64,000 bases of DNA. Source: Cystobasidiomycetes sp. EMM_F5. Lineage: Eukaryota. The notes beneath the pieces are model-generated. The model did no database searches and was not told the origin of the DNA. It was given only the letters and a program-made list of their open reading frames with translations. The stretch is from assembly GCA_051047955.1 (NCBI GenBank), contig JBPGPT010000005.1:1-64000 (forward strand). The letters are read 5' to 3'. Numbering within the stretch: the stretch's first letter is position 1; every line of letters starts with the position of its first letter. A program made the translations under genes and the position numbers. Below are positions 11,346 to 24,270 of the stretch, piece by piece.

Positions 11346-14277
11346 ATGTCTATTTACCCGTCTGCCAGAACTTCCGATGAATCCACATACTTCAGCAAGC
11401 ACGGCGATAGACTTCACCAAAGTCAGCAGTCATTAAGCTCCGCTCCTCGTCAGATGACCTCTATGGGCGCAATGACTCGCCCTACGCAAGAACAGTATCG
11501 AGCAAATGCCATTCGTGATGCGTCGCGGCTTGAGCACGCTTCCATGGCTAATCGGGCCATGCATCGTTCTCATGTGAGTGCTTGAATGCTGTACATTGGT
11601 GCACTGCTGAGGTCTCGCTTGTACAGCATTCCCTGTCCGAGTCCAGCAATGGAATCAATGAAAGTACAATGGCCCGCAGCAATGTCCAACATGCATCGGA
11701 TCAGACGGGATCCATGCAGTTAACGGGATCTAAAACTGGTCATTTGCCAGGAGGGCGACTTTCGCCTGACTATCAACGCATCGCTGCGGCCACCCTGTCG
11801 ATGAAAGGGACAGGGCGAAGTCTGAGCGATAAAACGCAACAATCCCGAAGAGGCGATAGCAACGTGACCAACTTCGGAAGGACAATGCCCAACGTGGTTT
11901 CAAACGGTAGAATGGATAAATTAGTTCGTTTGTCATGCATTCCCTGCGTTGGGCTTCTGCTTCATGGGCTGAGCATTGCTTGAATGACGTTCAGGTGACC
12001 GACCGGTATCCAACAGACGATGGACTGATGTCGTCATCAACCCGACTGGCATCACAAAAAATGCCAACACATTTGTCCGGACGTTTACCGGCAAATGGCC
12101 AAATCAGCCACAATTATCGCGGTCAGCAGGAGGTCTCGCTGCCCAACGATCGTTATGCAGAGGCTGTTGAGCGCGAAGGTGTGCAAAGCAGTCGATATCG
12201 CACACCGAAAGGGTGAGGTGCTGTTCGATCGTCCGGTCACCATCCCGCGCCTGATTGTGTTACCTTTTCCTTGTAGTCTCACCGAGTCTATCAGCGGATT
12301 TTCGACATACGCGTCGCCGTATAGCCAGGATACAGTGTCGTCTTCTGCTGCGCGTGCTCGGGGCCAATCCGCCTATCGAGGCCCCTCTGTCGAAACAAGA
12401 AAGGCAGCAGTGGTATTGGAGTGCACCATCTGCGGTGTCGATGCGACCGGACCTTGGAGGGTGAGCTCTGATGATCTCATTTCTGAACGTCTCTATGCTA
12501 AATCGACCACCATCATAGCGGGGACCTCTGGGACCATACTCTCTGTGCAATGCATGCGGCTCTTTACCGTGGCTCGAGGAGACTGATGGCACTGTCGCGA
12601 ACATCCACGAAGCTTTGTCGTGCGTTAGCGGTTGCCAACAGTCGGCAGTGCTATAGACTGAAGTCTTCCTAATGCAGCTTGATGGATAATATGCGCTTGA
12701 CGCGGCTGAATTCGCTACCTGCATCACCGCCGATGTGCACACCAGCAGAAATCGCGTTACAGCAGAGACTACTGAATGGCCTTCCGGATTCCACATATTC
12801 CCGCGCCGAAGAGTACTTCGCTACGAGAAGCGCGAACTACCGACGGAGCGAATTTGCAAAAGCCGAGCTACAGCGAGTGGAACGCGAAAAGGAGGCTGCT
12901 AATCGTGAACAGCGACAAGTCCTATCTCGCGGTGCCGGACGCACCGCTGTTGGAGCAGAAAGGGATTACGCAATCACATACAATCCGCTTTCCAGTCATC
13001 AGAGTAAACGACAAACGGATGTGAGGGACATATCTCTCAAGATGCTGGCTATGCAGCAGGAAAGGGAAAAGGCTCGCTCACAATTGCAGGACAATCGCAA
13101 CATCTCCAGGGAAGCGCTCAATGCCCATGAAGCTGAGATCGAGATCGAACGCCAGCGTATGAGAGAGCACATACGTCGCGAAAAGGAAAAGAGCAGGCAG
13201 AGAGACCTCGAGCTTGCAGCGCTCGCGGCTCGTACGACGCCTCCGCATGCCACGCCATCAGGAGCCCTCTTGACAGCTATGCCCAATTTGCCTCTGTCTG
13301 TCTCGCCCAGCAGCAAATTCCAAGACGGCCCACATCGCAACGTACACGCGTCTCCTTCGATTCGGCACACCAAGACAGACTCATCTTCTAGCGCTCTTCT
13401 GGAGGCTGCGACCCTGATGACAAGTTTTGCGGAAGAGAGTATTGTCGCGACCCAGCCAATTGCTGGGGTTCCATCATCGCAAAGAAGGGAAGAGTCGCGC
13501 ACTTCAAACCCCGTCGTGAGAAGCCATGGCAGCTACATCAGAGCTTCTCCGGCTGCTGCAGAAGTGCGGTCATCAGAAACCGTCTCCCGCATATCCTCTC
13601 AACCCTCGAAGTCCGAGATGGCCGCTGAAAGGGACTCTGCTCCCACTCAACTCTCTCGCAGTCCACCAGTTGCAAGCCAAAAAGGTCATACCAGGACACA
13701 TTCGAATATGACGAAAACCTCCACTCCTTCGTTCACACCCGACAGCGAGCGCGAAAATCCCATGGACCGAGTCGCGAAAAGGCAAAGACTGAGCGGACTG
13801 CCTTTGAGGGATTTGGTAGAACAGCATCATACTGCAGAGGAAGATTCTACGACCAAGTCAACTGCAGGAGATGTTGGCCAGTCGGAAGAGTCTGACAAGC
13901 CCCGCATCATCGACAGGCGACGTGCTCGCAACGAGGTCTTACGACAGGAATGGCTCCACAAGAAGGCAATGAGCCAGCGCTCGCAAACACATGGCAAATC
14001 GCAGTCGAGCAATAGCAATGGTCAACCTTCCGAGGCTGAAGTTGCATCAACTACCTCAGATGACACGCCATCGGCGTCCTCTGAGACCGCATCAGCAAAG
14101 GTGAGACAACCTTCGGCCGATAGCGGCATCGATGTCAGTATGGACGACAGGACGGAAAAGATTGCGCCTGGCCTCAAATCTGAACCCGTGAACGCAGCAA
14201 CTGCTGGCATGGCGGACAAAACTCTGAGCGATGTGCTCTTTCCACCAAACGAAGCCGCGAGTGTCAACGATTCATAA
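11346..14277 (+). CDS. GATA-type zinc-finger protein (C-x2-C-x18-C-x2-C), otherwise low-complexity and coiled-coil
   Basis: Removing the intron starting at 12461 gives CTICGVDATGPWRRGPLGPYSLCNAC. A further intron at 12620-12677 joins this in frame to the 12679-14277 ORF. The 5' exons and start are less certain. Confidence 0.75.
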
Positions 14278-14588
14278 TCTTCAACTCATTCCTATCTCGT
14301 CATGAAGTCAAACGCAGACATACAGTGTGTCGCTTCGACTGCTCGAAAATTGGCATGATGTGAATTTTGGTCATCTCCAACGGGACTAGGTCTTCGACGA
14401 GCCCATCCCTCCTTTTATGTAGCTTAAATTACCTAGACGTACACAAAACCAAGTCAAAGCAGCATGTTCGGCGGTCAACTTGCCACCTTGAATAGGTCTG
14501 ATCGGCCTATGTGTCGACTTTGCCATTGGCAGCTCTCCGTCGTTGCATTTAAATCATCGCATGACCTGACATCCTGCAATCTATCATC

Positions 14589-16205
14589 ATGAGCGCTGTA
14601 TCATTCAGGATATCACGGCCGCCGGCAGCAGGATCCGCTGGCGGCTCTAGCTCCAGGACGGCGAGCTACAGTCGAAACAACAATGGCTCGTCCAGCAAGG
14701 CGTACGCAAACAGGTCAGACGAGTCAGACTCGGACGACGAGTCCTTTGGCAACACGCAGCGCCGGAAGCGAGGCGACGAGAGTGTTACCAGTATCGATGG
14801 CAGGGGAATACGGTATGCTCGAGATGCACAGTCTAATGCCTTGACATTCAAGCTGATCAATGGTCAATACTACCCTACACCTCTTATCCATTCCTACTCG
14901 CCTCAATGCCTCGGTCTCGCCTGCCAATGGTGCTCTGGTTCGGACGATGACTCGATGATCAGGTCGCAATCCAACTCTGGCAAGGCGCAGGCGCCGCTCG
15001 TCATCCCCGCCATCCCTAATAAAGACTTTAGACGCGCGGCGTTGGAGTTGCGGGCAAGAAAAGCCGGCAAGCAAGCGTTTATACCATCTGCCAGCTCCAT
15101 GCCGGGTTCTGGATCTGAGGTAGCAACAGCAAAACCGCGGAGACCCCTTTCGGAAGAGGAGCGTGCATTCCTACAGAGCAGCAGTAATGTACAACGTATT
15201 GGCGAAGGAGCGGCAAAAGCTGGCATTACGATTCGGCGAGTCAATGCCTCTGGTCAGGAAGCTGAACCAGCTGGCGAGGAGGTTGAGGCGGAGCAACCGA
15301 TAGCATCGACATCGACGACTGTTGCAGCGGATACTGTATCATCCATCTCTGAGCAAGATGTGGATGCGCTCGCCCTGAAGGAATTGCTATCCGCAAATTC
15401 GGAATCAATAGCAGAGCCCAAGGTTACGATAATACCGACAGAAGCAGTCTCTGAAGAAGAAGCATTCCGTCTAGACATGGCCACCAGACCTGAAAGTGCG
15501 ACCATGGAAGACTACGAATCTGTTCCGATCGAAGACTTTGGCATGGCTTTACTACGCGGCATGAGCGCGTCACTGGGCAAGTCTGGTCAGAAACAACGTG
15601 CCAAAGTCGAGCCGTACGTTCCGCAATCTCGTACCGCAATGCTTGGACTTGGCGCGAAATCTAGAGAAGAAAGTCTTGGTGATCTAGGTGGAGCGCAGTT
15701 TGGCAAGGCAGCGCAAAAGGAATCGAAGCGCGACAGCATGCGTTTCATTCCGTTGCAGAAGGTCAAGAAGGTCGACACGCAGAGTCTGGTGCATGCGAAT
15801 GGCAACGGTGCGCAGAGTGCGCTGGAGAATGGAAGGACTGCAACCGTACCGGAAACATCGACGAACGGTGATAGTGTGCGTGAAGATCGCCATAGACGGC
15901 GGCGGAGAGACTCTCCGGAGGATGAGGGTGACCGCGAAGGAGACAGCAGAAGGAGGAGACGAACAGACGAGTATGACTCGTTCAACAGGCGGCGGCACGA
16001 TGCGGATCGTGATAGCGAGAGACGTCGCGATGAACATCGGAGCAACCGAGACGGCGGGCGAGGCATCGACCGCGATGATGGCCGTCGACGTCGCGAGAGG
16101 TCTGAGGAAAGAAGGATGGAGCGTCGGCGGGACCGGTCTCGCTCTCGAGAAAGGTCGGAGCGACGTCCTGAAGATCGCGAGCGGAGGAGAGAGATACAAG
16201 TGTAG
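14589..16205 (+). CDS. SPP2: Spp2/MOS2-type G-patch splicing factor
   Basis: PLVIPAIPNKDFR and the G-patch DYESVPIEDFGMALLRGM...LGLGAK, followed by an R/D/E/S-rich tail. Probable in-frame intron from ~14813. Confidence 0.85.
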   Translation: MSAVSFRISRPPAAGSAGGSSSRTASYSRNNNGSSSKAYANRSDESDSDDESFGNTQRRKRGDESVTSIDGRGIRYARDAQSNALTFKLINGQYYPTPLIHSYSPQCLGLACQWCSGSDDDSMIRSQSNSGKAQAPLVIPAIPNKDFRRAALELRARKAGKQAFIPSASSMPGSGSEVATAKPRRPLSEEERAFLQSSSNVQRIGEGAAKAGITIRRVNASGQEAEPAGEEVEAEQPIASTSTTVAADTVSSISEQDVDALALKELLSANSESIAEPKVTIIPTEAVSEEEAFRLDMATRPESATMEDYESVPIEDFGMALLRGMSASLGKSGQKQRAKVEPYVPQSRTAMLGLGAKSREESLGDLGGAQFGKAAQKESKRDSMRFIPLQKVKKVDTQSLVHANGNGAQSALENGRTATVPETSTNGDSVREDRHRRRRRDSPEDEGDREGDSRRRRRTDEYDSFNRRRHDADRDSERRRDEHRSNRDGGRGIDRDDGRRRRERSEERRMERRRDRSRSRERSERRPEDRERRREIQV

Positions 16206-16332
16206 CGATGCGTTTCGTGTAGCTGTAAGTAACAACCGCAATATCGCAACTTCCAATGTTGCGGAAGTCGGGCTAGAAGACCAGTATCTTGTAACAGAAC
16301 CTTGGTGCAATCCAAAACCATTCCAGCCTTGC

Positions 16333-17500
16333 ATGTCCAATATCTGCGTCAGACATGCTCTGGCCAGTCTCTGCTTGTCCCGCTCTAGCCTCAAGCTCGC
16401 TCCGCTGAGCAGGCTATCATCGAGCGCCTCTAGCACTTTGCAGTCCCAAGTTGATCTCGCGAGTGCTGACAATGGCGACCTTATACAGCTTTCTGTTCCG
16501 TGGAGCGCGCTGGCTGCTGACGGTGTCCACGCCCAAGACCTCGTCGTGCTGCCAGGCTACCTGAGCCAGCGGCAGCAGGATGTGCTGTTGGCGGCAGCGT
16601 TGGCAAAACTCGATAGCGGAGAAGGCCGTGAAGAGCGAAAGCATCGTCGAGATTATATCAAGCGGAACGGATTGAAGGCGAATGCTGGTACTCATCAAGG
16701 AAAGCTGCCTACTCGGATTGCACACCGATACAAGAAAGCTTACATGACGTATACATCATTTCCAGGCTTCCTACCCGACAAAGCTTACCTGTTCCACGAG
16801 AGACACTTTGATGGAGGTACGTACTGCTTCGAGTTCCTAGTGTGCGTACGCCAATACAGAAATCACCTCTGTCTCGACAGTTATTTCCGGATACAGAGAA
16901 ACAACGCTGTCCGCTTGGCCGGCCGCGGCTGAGGAGTCCAAGCAGGATCTTGAAGATGCAGTAAAGCTCATATACGCTCTCTTACCGCAAGGGAAAGCTT
17001 TCTCGCAGAGTGATACGGACCGAGATGCCTTGACCAGTCCTCCCCACTTGATCACCCACATCCTGCATCTTGCTGCCAACGGCTACATTCTCCCGCATGT
17101 CGATAATATTCAGGCCAGTGCAGGAACGATAGCGGGTGTCAGTCTTGGACGTGAGCGGCATCTTTTGCTTCATCGAAACAGTCAGCGTCAAAGCCCGGTT
17201 ACACAGCGGGATGAAATCAGAGTCACACTGCCGCCGGGAAGTGCATATATACAGAGGTACTCCTGTGCTGTGTCCTCACTTGTCAGTGACAAAATCTGAC
17301 TTTTACACCTCAGAGGCAAAATACGGTACGAATGGGCGCACGCCATACCGAAACTAGACGGCTATGATGAAAGCGGGCGTGATCAACGCTTAAGCGTGAT
17401 GGTGCGCGTGAGTTAGTGTGTTGTTTGTTTGGACTCTCGACGGACATTGAGCTGTATCATGTGTTTACAGGACCGCCATCCCGCCTCTGACAGAATGTAA
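16333..17500 (+). CDS. AlkB-family 2OG-Fe(II) dioxygenase, ALKBH7-like (probably mitochondrial)
   Basis: FHERHFDG, HILHLAANGYILPHVDN (HxD), IAGVSLG, IRYEWAHAI and QRLSVMVRD across 4-5 exons. The Arg/Ser/Leu-rich N-terminus resembles a presequence. Confidence 0.85.
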
Positions 17501-18004
17501 CTGCAATAGCGCCAATTGACGCGCCATCTTGCGGACCCGTGCGAGTACGCTTCTGCGTGCCAGCTTATTGACGCAGGTAAAATCAGCTCCCGCCTCAGGC
17601 CGCAGCCATCGAGTTCTGCCCTCCTGTCAGCCCCCCTCTCAGGGGTCGATGGTGCCGCTAGCTCGCTCAAAACAGACCAGCCAAGGGAAAATAAGCGGCA
17701 ATCGCGCCAAATTGCTGGGACTGGCCGAAAAATTGGGCTGAGGCGACGGGTCCTCTCTTTCACTCTTTCCTTTTCGTCAAGTTTCACCTTCGGTTGCATC
17801 AGTCAACGGACCTTTCGACATTCACACTTCGCTCAGCACTTGCTGTCAACGCTTACAACACTCGCATTCACCACTTCACACTTCGACGAGTCCATCGCCT
17901 GCTGTGCAAAACCCCTTTTCCGCCCGTTTCGAATTTCATACTCGCACGCCGGCATTCGTAGTCGACGTCTTTCAACACCCACACTCACTTAGCACATATC
18001 AACG

Positions 18005-19638
18005 ATGCGGGCTATAGTATCAGCTGTCCTCCCTGTCGTCTTTGGCATCGTTGCCGGCGTTCAGCCCTCGGTCGCTCGACCCCTGACTGGCGAGCAGGTA
18101 TGGTTTCAGGTTTCGAGTCCACGGCTCAATCCTAACATGCTCCCTACTGTGGTATCAACAGCCCAACACTCTTCACCTTCACAAGGTCAATGACTCTGCT
18201 CATCACCGACACCACGTCCGCCATGGCAATGAGGCAAGGTCCATTTTCGATGCCCTGTCTCTCCTCTCCACCTCCTCTCCTGCTTCGTCGCCCAATGGAG
18301 CTCTCAACAACGGCAATATGCATTCCGCACTACTTCAATCGCTCAAGATTCTCCCAGATGAGGATGGGGATGGTCTGGTCGACTTGAAGGGACAACTCAA
18401 GCTGCTCGAAGACGGCGAGCTCATCGATTTGAAGGGTCGCGTCAAGGTCGGCGATATCATCGATGCCTGTGTTGAAGTCGAGGTGAGTCATGTGCCGTGT
18501 CCAAGTAGATGGCGCTCATATTCATCTTCTGCGCAGGTCGGCGACGGTACTAAGAAGCTTCAATGCCCCAATCACCTCAGTCACTCCGGTCACACCTTCC
18601 CAGACGGTCGCGTTCGCATTTCTCACCATCGTCACCGCAATGAGCACCACCATTGCAGTGCCTACTTCCGTGACTATCATGCCAAGCATGGCAGTCAAGG
18701 CTACGGTGCACGTCTCCGTGCGGCACTCCGTCGCATCCGCGAACTTGAGAAGGAGCTCGAGTCTTGCCGCGATGATGGCTGGAAGGGTCGTGGTGACAAG
18801 AACTTCATTCACACTCGTCCAGTCAACGATAACCGCAACGATGATAACAATTCGCCAACGCCTACCTGGTCAGACAATGATGACAACGACAACAAGGACA
18901 AGAATGACGATGATGAAGACCCTTTCAGGCCATCTGGTCGTGTCAACACTGGTGGTCACGAGCACGACGGTCACGGAGGCGAAGGTCACGGTAAAGACTG
19001 CAAGCACAAGAATCGAGTTCGCGTGGGCACCAAGGATAATGGCGAAACAATCTGGGCCGATGTATGTCCTCCTTAACTTCGCGTACACTACACAAACTGA
19101 CGCAGTTCCCTCCTCATCACCAGGTATGCGTCGATGCTCAAGTCTCAGTTGGCCCAGTCTACGCCTCTGCACGAGCATCGGCGACTGCCGACGTCAACCT
19201 CGAGAAGCTTTCGGCATCTGCCACAGCTACTGCCCACGTGAAGGCCAAGGTTGGCGATCTGGTCGATGCAGACAGCAAGGTAATTCCGACACTTTACGAG
19301 CAGTGCCAACGCCAACTGACATTATTTGAATGCAGACTAATGCCAATGCCAAGGTCGATCTCTCTAAAGGGCAAGCAGATGTGACAGCAGACGAGAAGCT
19401 CAAGGTTGGCGTTCTTCACCAGAAAGTGGTCGACACGGATGTCAAGGCCAAGGTTACGCTTGGAAAGCCTTGCCCTGAGGGTACCGTCGTCAACGCGTGA
19501 GTCTGCAACTGTCGGGCATCGAACGTGCTACTGACGCTATTTGCATACAGCCTCGGAGTCTGCGTCTCGGTGTTGAAGGATCACAAGCCTGTCTTGCCGG
19601 GCCTCAGCGGTCTTCGCATGCGTCACGTCCGTCGTTAG
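18005..19638 (+). CDS. Unknown secreted His-rich protein with beta-strand-patterned repeats
   Basis: Signal-peptide-like start MRAIVSAVLPVVFGIVAG. Five canonical introns preserve the frame, codon usage is strongly C-ending, and the stop is TAG at 19636-19638. Confidence 0.75.
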
Positions 19639-19992
19639 ATTGTCTCCACCCTCCTAGTTTGACCTAGAGTCGACTACCGTCATGAAGTATCACATATTTA
19701 ATCTATGCATGGCGTTTGGCAATCAGTATCTCTCAGTATACGTTGTTGGGGGATGTGATCCTAGCCCAAACCAATCCCGAGCAAGCGAGTATTTAGACTG
19801 TCAAAGTGAACTAAAGGGGTTTTCATTATGACGCGTACCGTGTGGTCAGCTACAGCGTCGAGTCTGCAAATGTTACCCGGGTTTGCCAGTCTTTGACCGA
19901 CTTTTCCCGCAATCTACAAGTCGTCGCTGGACCTTTTGCCCTTTGAACTCCAATTGATTCTTTCGCCCAGTCAATACATTCGTACAGTCACA

Positions 19993-20528
19993 ATGGCACC
20001 AAGAGCAGGCCTGAGGTACGCACGAGCTGGTGCTGCTGGACCGCATCATGCCAGGCTGATGAGTTGACTGCCCCAAACTCGATCTTGGTCTGGACGCTGG
20101 CCATCCGCTTCAACGAAATGATGCTCGCTGGACGGCTCATGGTCACACTACATTGTCAACAACACGACCTCTCCTTTGCTCCTGGCCCGCCCGGCTTCTT
20201 CGCACATCCAGCTTCACAAAGTTCATCTCCGTCGCAGCTCGAGCGACCGTCCAGGCGCTCAAGGAAGAACCAAGAGTGAAAGCAGAGCGCAGGATAACAG
20301 ACATGTCTCTGAGGTAGGCTGATCTGGTCATCTGGAAATGCGCTGGCAGATACTGACTTGCTCTTACTTCGCGCCTGGTTCCGATTGGCTTGCAGATACC
20401 AAAAGTGGGACGCCGGCAAGGCTTCAGAACAGGTTTGCTCATTGAGGCAGAGCGAAGTAGAAATTTGCTGATGGAATCCGCTCGGTGTGCAGAACTACGT
20501 CAAGGCACCTGTCGAAGGCGCGCATTAA
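19993..20528 (+). CDS. ATP15: Mitochondrial ATP synthase epsilon subunit (not in ORF track)
   Basis: Four exons give MAPRAGLSFTKFISVAARATVQALKEEPRVKAERRITDMSLRYQKWDAGKASEQNYVKAPVEGAH*, matching the fungal epsilon pattern AGLS..K...AAR....LKEE.R..AERR....LR..KW..GK. Confidence 0.88.
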
Positions 20529-22079
20529 GGAGCATAAGACACAGCGCAGCAGCTGTTAGACAGGAAGCAGTGAAGCGCTGAACGGAGAAAGTACTATGCA
20601 CAGTACTATGCACAGTATATGTATCTGCAGCGCCATCAGAACTCTGCCGCTATCGTTAGCGAGCTGGAACGTATATATTGATGCCGTCGTTGCCGAAACT
20701 AAATCATAAAATTTGGCAATCCCACTACTGAACAACCATCCGCCCGTACGCTATAGGCTCTTCGTGTGACATTATGATCATCAAGTGATCCCAGGCTGTC
20801 GGTCAATGATTATCTGAACTACTTCAGTTTCGATTTATTTTGCAGATACATTTCCATTGTTTAGGCCAAATAATAATGGGACGCAATGCACAGCCACCAA
20901 AGAAGCGGGCTTTACTCCCAGCGCTGATGAGGGCAAGCTATCTGCCAAGGCAGATAAGCCTACACCGCCGCTTATCGTATCCTCAGTCCGACTTGGGTCC
21001 ATTAGCGAGATATGTGCGAGGCCGACCCTTCGCTCGTATGACTGTGGTTTGCTACTCTACTGCCCAACAATCGCGACATGATTCATCCGGCGTGGTCGCT
21101 CACAACGTTGCCTTCCTGACCATCCATATCATAGAGCATATACGTTCAGTCAAAATGCAATTGTCCATATCATTGTGTCTGGCCGTAAGAAAGGAGGACC
21201 TGCGCTACTGGTAGACTGACTTGAGAGTTGTGACCGAAACATCTGCGAAACAGACTTTCGGCTGATGAAGGCACGTAGAAAGGCTTCGGCAGCGGATTTC
21301 TGCCGGTCGACACTGCAAAGCAGACCGCCACGGATACAGCCGATACATGCGGATTGTATATTGTGCTGATCATATAACGGGATCAAATTGCTTGATCTCT
21401 TCGCAGACTGATCACGGGACAGGACATTGACTGGCAAACTGCTTGGGCTCTTCGCAGACCGACCAGTGATCTGCCTCGTATGAGAAGGTGAATCGAGTAG
21501 AAGACAATATGTCATAAAACTACCCGAAGCGCGCACTTCGTCGATTTTGTACGCTCTACGGCTACTTCGCTTTTACATGAAGCTATGGTCTCGTATTGAT
21601 GTTCGAGGACTCTTTATATATTCAGCGAACCTGATTGAGCGATTTACCCTCACACTACTGACACACTTCTAAGTGCAGCGTCACGTATTGATAAGCGTCT
21701 TCCTATATTCCCCTTGTGATGCTTGCTAAATGAGCAACTATCGATGACGCCACAACGCATTGGGCGCGGCAAAGCTGAAACACAGCTTGGGCGAGGTTGG
21801 GCAAGTCGGGCAAGGTGCAAGGGCACAAAGTAAGGGCTAATCCTAGGTCTTGCAAAGACAGATTGACCGCGTGGATAGGATTAGACACATGGAAACGTCT
21901 GCTATGAACAACGGCATTCGAGAGTTTACCCTTGCTTGATGTCATAAGCACAAAACAATCCAAGTTCTTTCCGACTCCAGACTATGCTCGACCACCCATG
22001 CGCACTATTGAACGACGATTAAACAGTGTAAAAACTACTCGAGGCGAGCAAAGAGTTGAAATGATAATAAATTTCAAAA

Positions 22080-24270
22080 TTAGACGCGGTCGGTGTGAAC
22101 CTTGTCTTCGCCAGCGTAGCCACCCTTCTCGCCGGCAATCGCTGCGAAAGTGGTGTGTGGGCGCCACTTTGCGGATGTGCGGGGAGTGGACTCCTCGAAC
22201 ATTCTGTCAACCTGCTCGAGAGTAAGACCCTTGGTCTCGGGTACAAGGAAGTACGAGTAGACGAATGCAGCGGTGCAAAGGCCTCCCCACACGAAAAATA
22301 CGGATGATCGCAGATTGCCACGGGTGGGACCAACCATGTATGGAGTGATGACGGCTACAAAAAGAACTGTTAGCCAAATCACTCTTGCCCTCATTTGTCG
22401 ACCGTTTCCTCACCGATAATGGTGTTCCACAACCAGTTGGATGCAGTGGAGAGGGCAACACCGCGGGACCGGATTGGAAGAGGGAAGATTTCGCCAATCA
22501 AAACCCACGCTCCCGGTCCCCATGTAGACGCGAAGAAGAATATGAAGATAGCAATGAATGCTACTTGGGTGTTCACGGCCGCGATGTTGTCGGCGATCGG
22601 GGTACCGTTAACCAGGTGAGTCTTATTAAATCCAACAGTAACACCGCTGTACAAACGCCTCAGTACGGATGTCACAATACCACGCTGGGGTTACCTACAC
22701 AATCGCGATGATGAATTGGCAAAGAGCCATGCATCCAGCGCCAATAATCAGAAGTGGTCGACGTCCGAATTTCTCGACGGTGTAGAATGAGATTGGAGTT
22801 GAGCACACGTTGACGATAGTGAAGATCATAGAAGTAAGGAAAGGATCGCTGATGGCGCCGGTTGATTGGAGGAAAGTGGTGGAGTCTGAATTTTGATGAA
22901 TTTCGAAGGAAATTGATATCAGCGAAGCACTTATGCGAAGCTAAGATTTTCACACTGACAATAGAAGATGAAGTTGACACCGGTCCATTGCTGCATCATT
23001 TGTAGGGAGGTACCGAGAATGGTACGTCTTAGGTTGGATTTGGCATCCCACAAGCTACCAGAGAAGCATGCTGCCCAGGACGAGAACCACGAGTCGGTCG
23101 GGATGGCGGACCGCTCATAATCGGCGTTGGCTACGATTTCGGCCAATTCCAGCTCTACGTACTCCGATGTCACTGGCTGACCGCGAAGACGGCCAAGAAC
23201 TTCGCGAGCCTTTTCGACCTTGCCGCGCTTGACGTAGAATCGTGGTGAATCTGGCAAGAAGAAGAGACCAGAAGCAAGAATAATGCCCCAGGCGAATTGA
23301 ATACCAATCGGGATACGGTAAGCGCCGGAGTCTGCGCGTCCAGAAGTGTAGTTGTTAATGATGGAGGCCAACATGATACCGATGGTGATGCAGAACTGAT
23401 ATCCGGATACCAAAGCACCTCGTACTTTTCTTGGGCAAATTTCGGACACTGGAACGCAATTTTACTTAGTATTGTAGCCTTGCTCGACAGCGACGAAAGG
23501 CTCACTGTAAAGGATGATGATGGCAGAGACGAACCCTACACCAACGCCGGCAACAAGACGACCAATGACGATGGTAGCCAGGGCGCTTGCAGCAAACATT
23601 TGAATCACGACACCTGCCATGTAGATGAAACATCCTGCAATGATGGTCAAGCGACGACCAAAGTAGTCGGCCAGATCACCAGCAACGAGTGCACCGAAGA
23701 ATGTTCCGGCAGAGAGGATGGATACGATGAGGGAAGTATTGGATTCGGAAATACCAGTGGCAGTAGGGCCTGCGATAGCGTGGATGAATTCGGTGGAACC
23801 AAGAACACCGTTGATGTAACCGGAGTCGTAGCCGAAGAAAATACCACCTAATTAATCAAGCCACCCTTGGTCAGCTGAAAAAATCCAACGAGCGAAATAC
23901 GGCAATCTTACCGAAACTCGCGAAAGCGCACCTATATTGAAAGAGTCACGAAAATCAGCTTCCTGCAACATGCAGTCGTGTGTGCTAATGTCCAGCATCT
24001 ACAGTAGTGTATGAAGCGTCCGCGCTCCTGCCACTTTGGGTCATGTGCACTGCAACTTGCAATGCTTCCAAGCCATTCCCAAAGTGGCGTGCAATGCGGA
24101 GATCAGGCTAGCGATCATTTTCGCAAGCACACAATACCGCCGCAGATAGCTCGACATAGGAGCACGAGATGACGATGAGGCACTCACATCAAGTAGGCCT
24201 TGACGGTGACGGGAGCCTCGACTCTCGAGAGGTCGGACGTGCCGGTGAGGGGAACAGCTCCTCCTGGCAT
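22080..24270 (-). CDS. MFS sugar porter, high-affinity monosaccharide (glucose) transporter type
   Basis: VEAPVTVKAYLMCAFASFGGIFFGYDSG, DYFGRR, SEICPRKVRG, PDSPRF, QQWTGVNFIFYF, WGPGAWVLIGEIFP and PETKGLTLEQVD motifs. Confidence 0.95.

Noticed and set aside
15587..16472. Long antisense and alternate-frame ORFs over the SPP2 3' end
   Set aside because: They are explained by the stop-poor R/D/E/S-rich coding sequence.
20591..20617. 12-bp tandem duplication gtactatgcaca in the ATP15 3' region
   Set aside because: Only two copies, consistent with ordinary slippage.
20600..21960. Several 60-130 aa ORFs and intron-like signals between ATP15 and the sugar transporter
   Set aside because: No consistent spliced frame or recognisable motif could be built.
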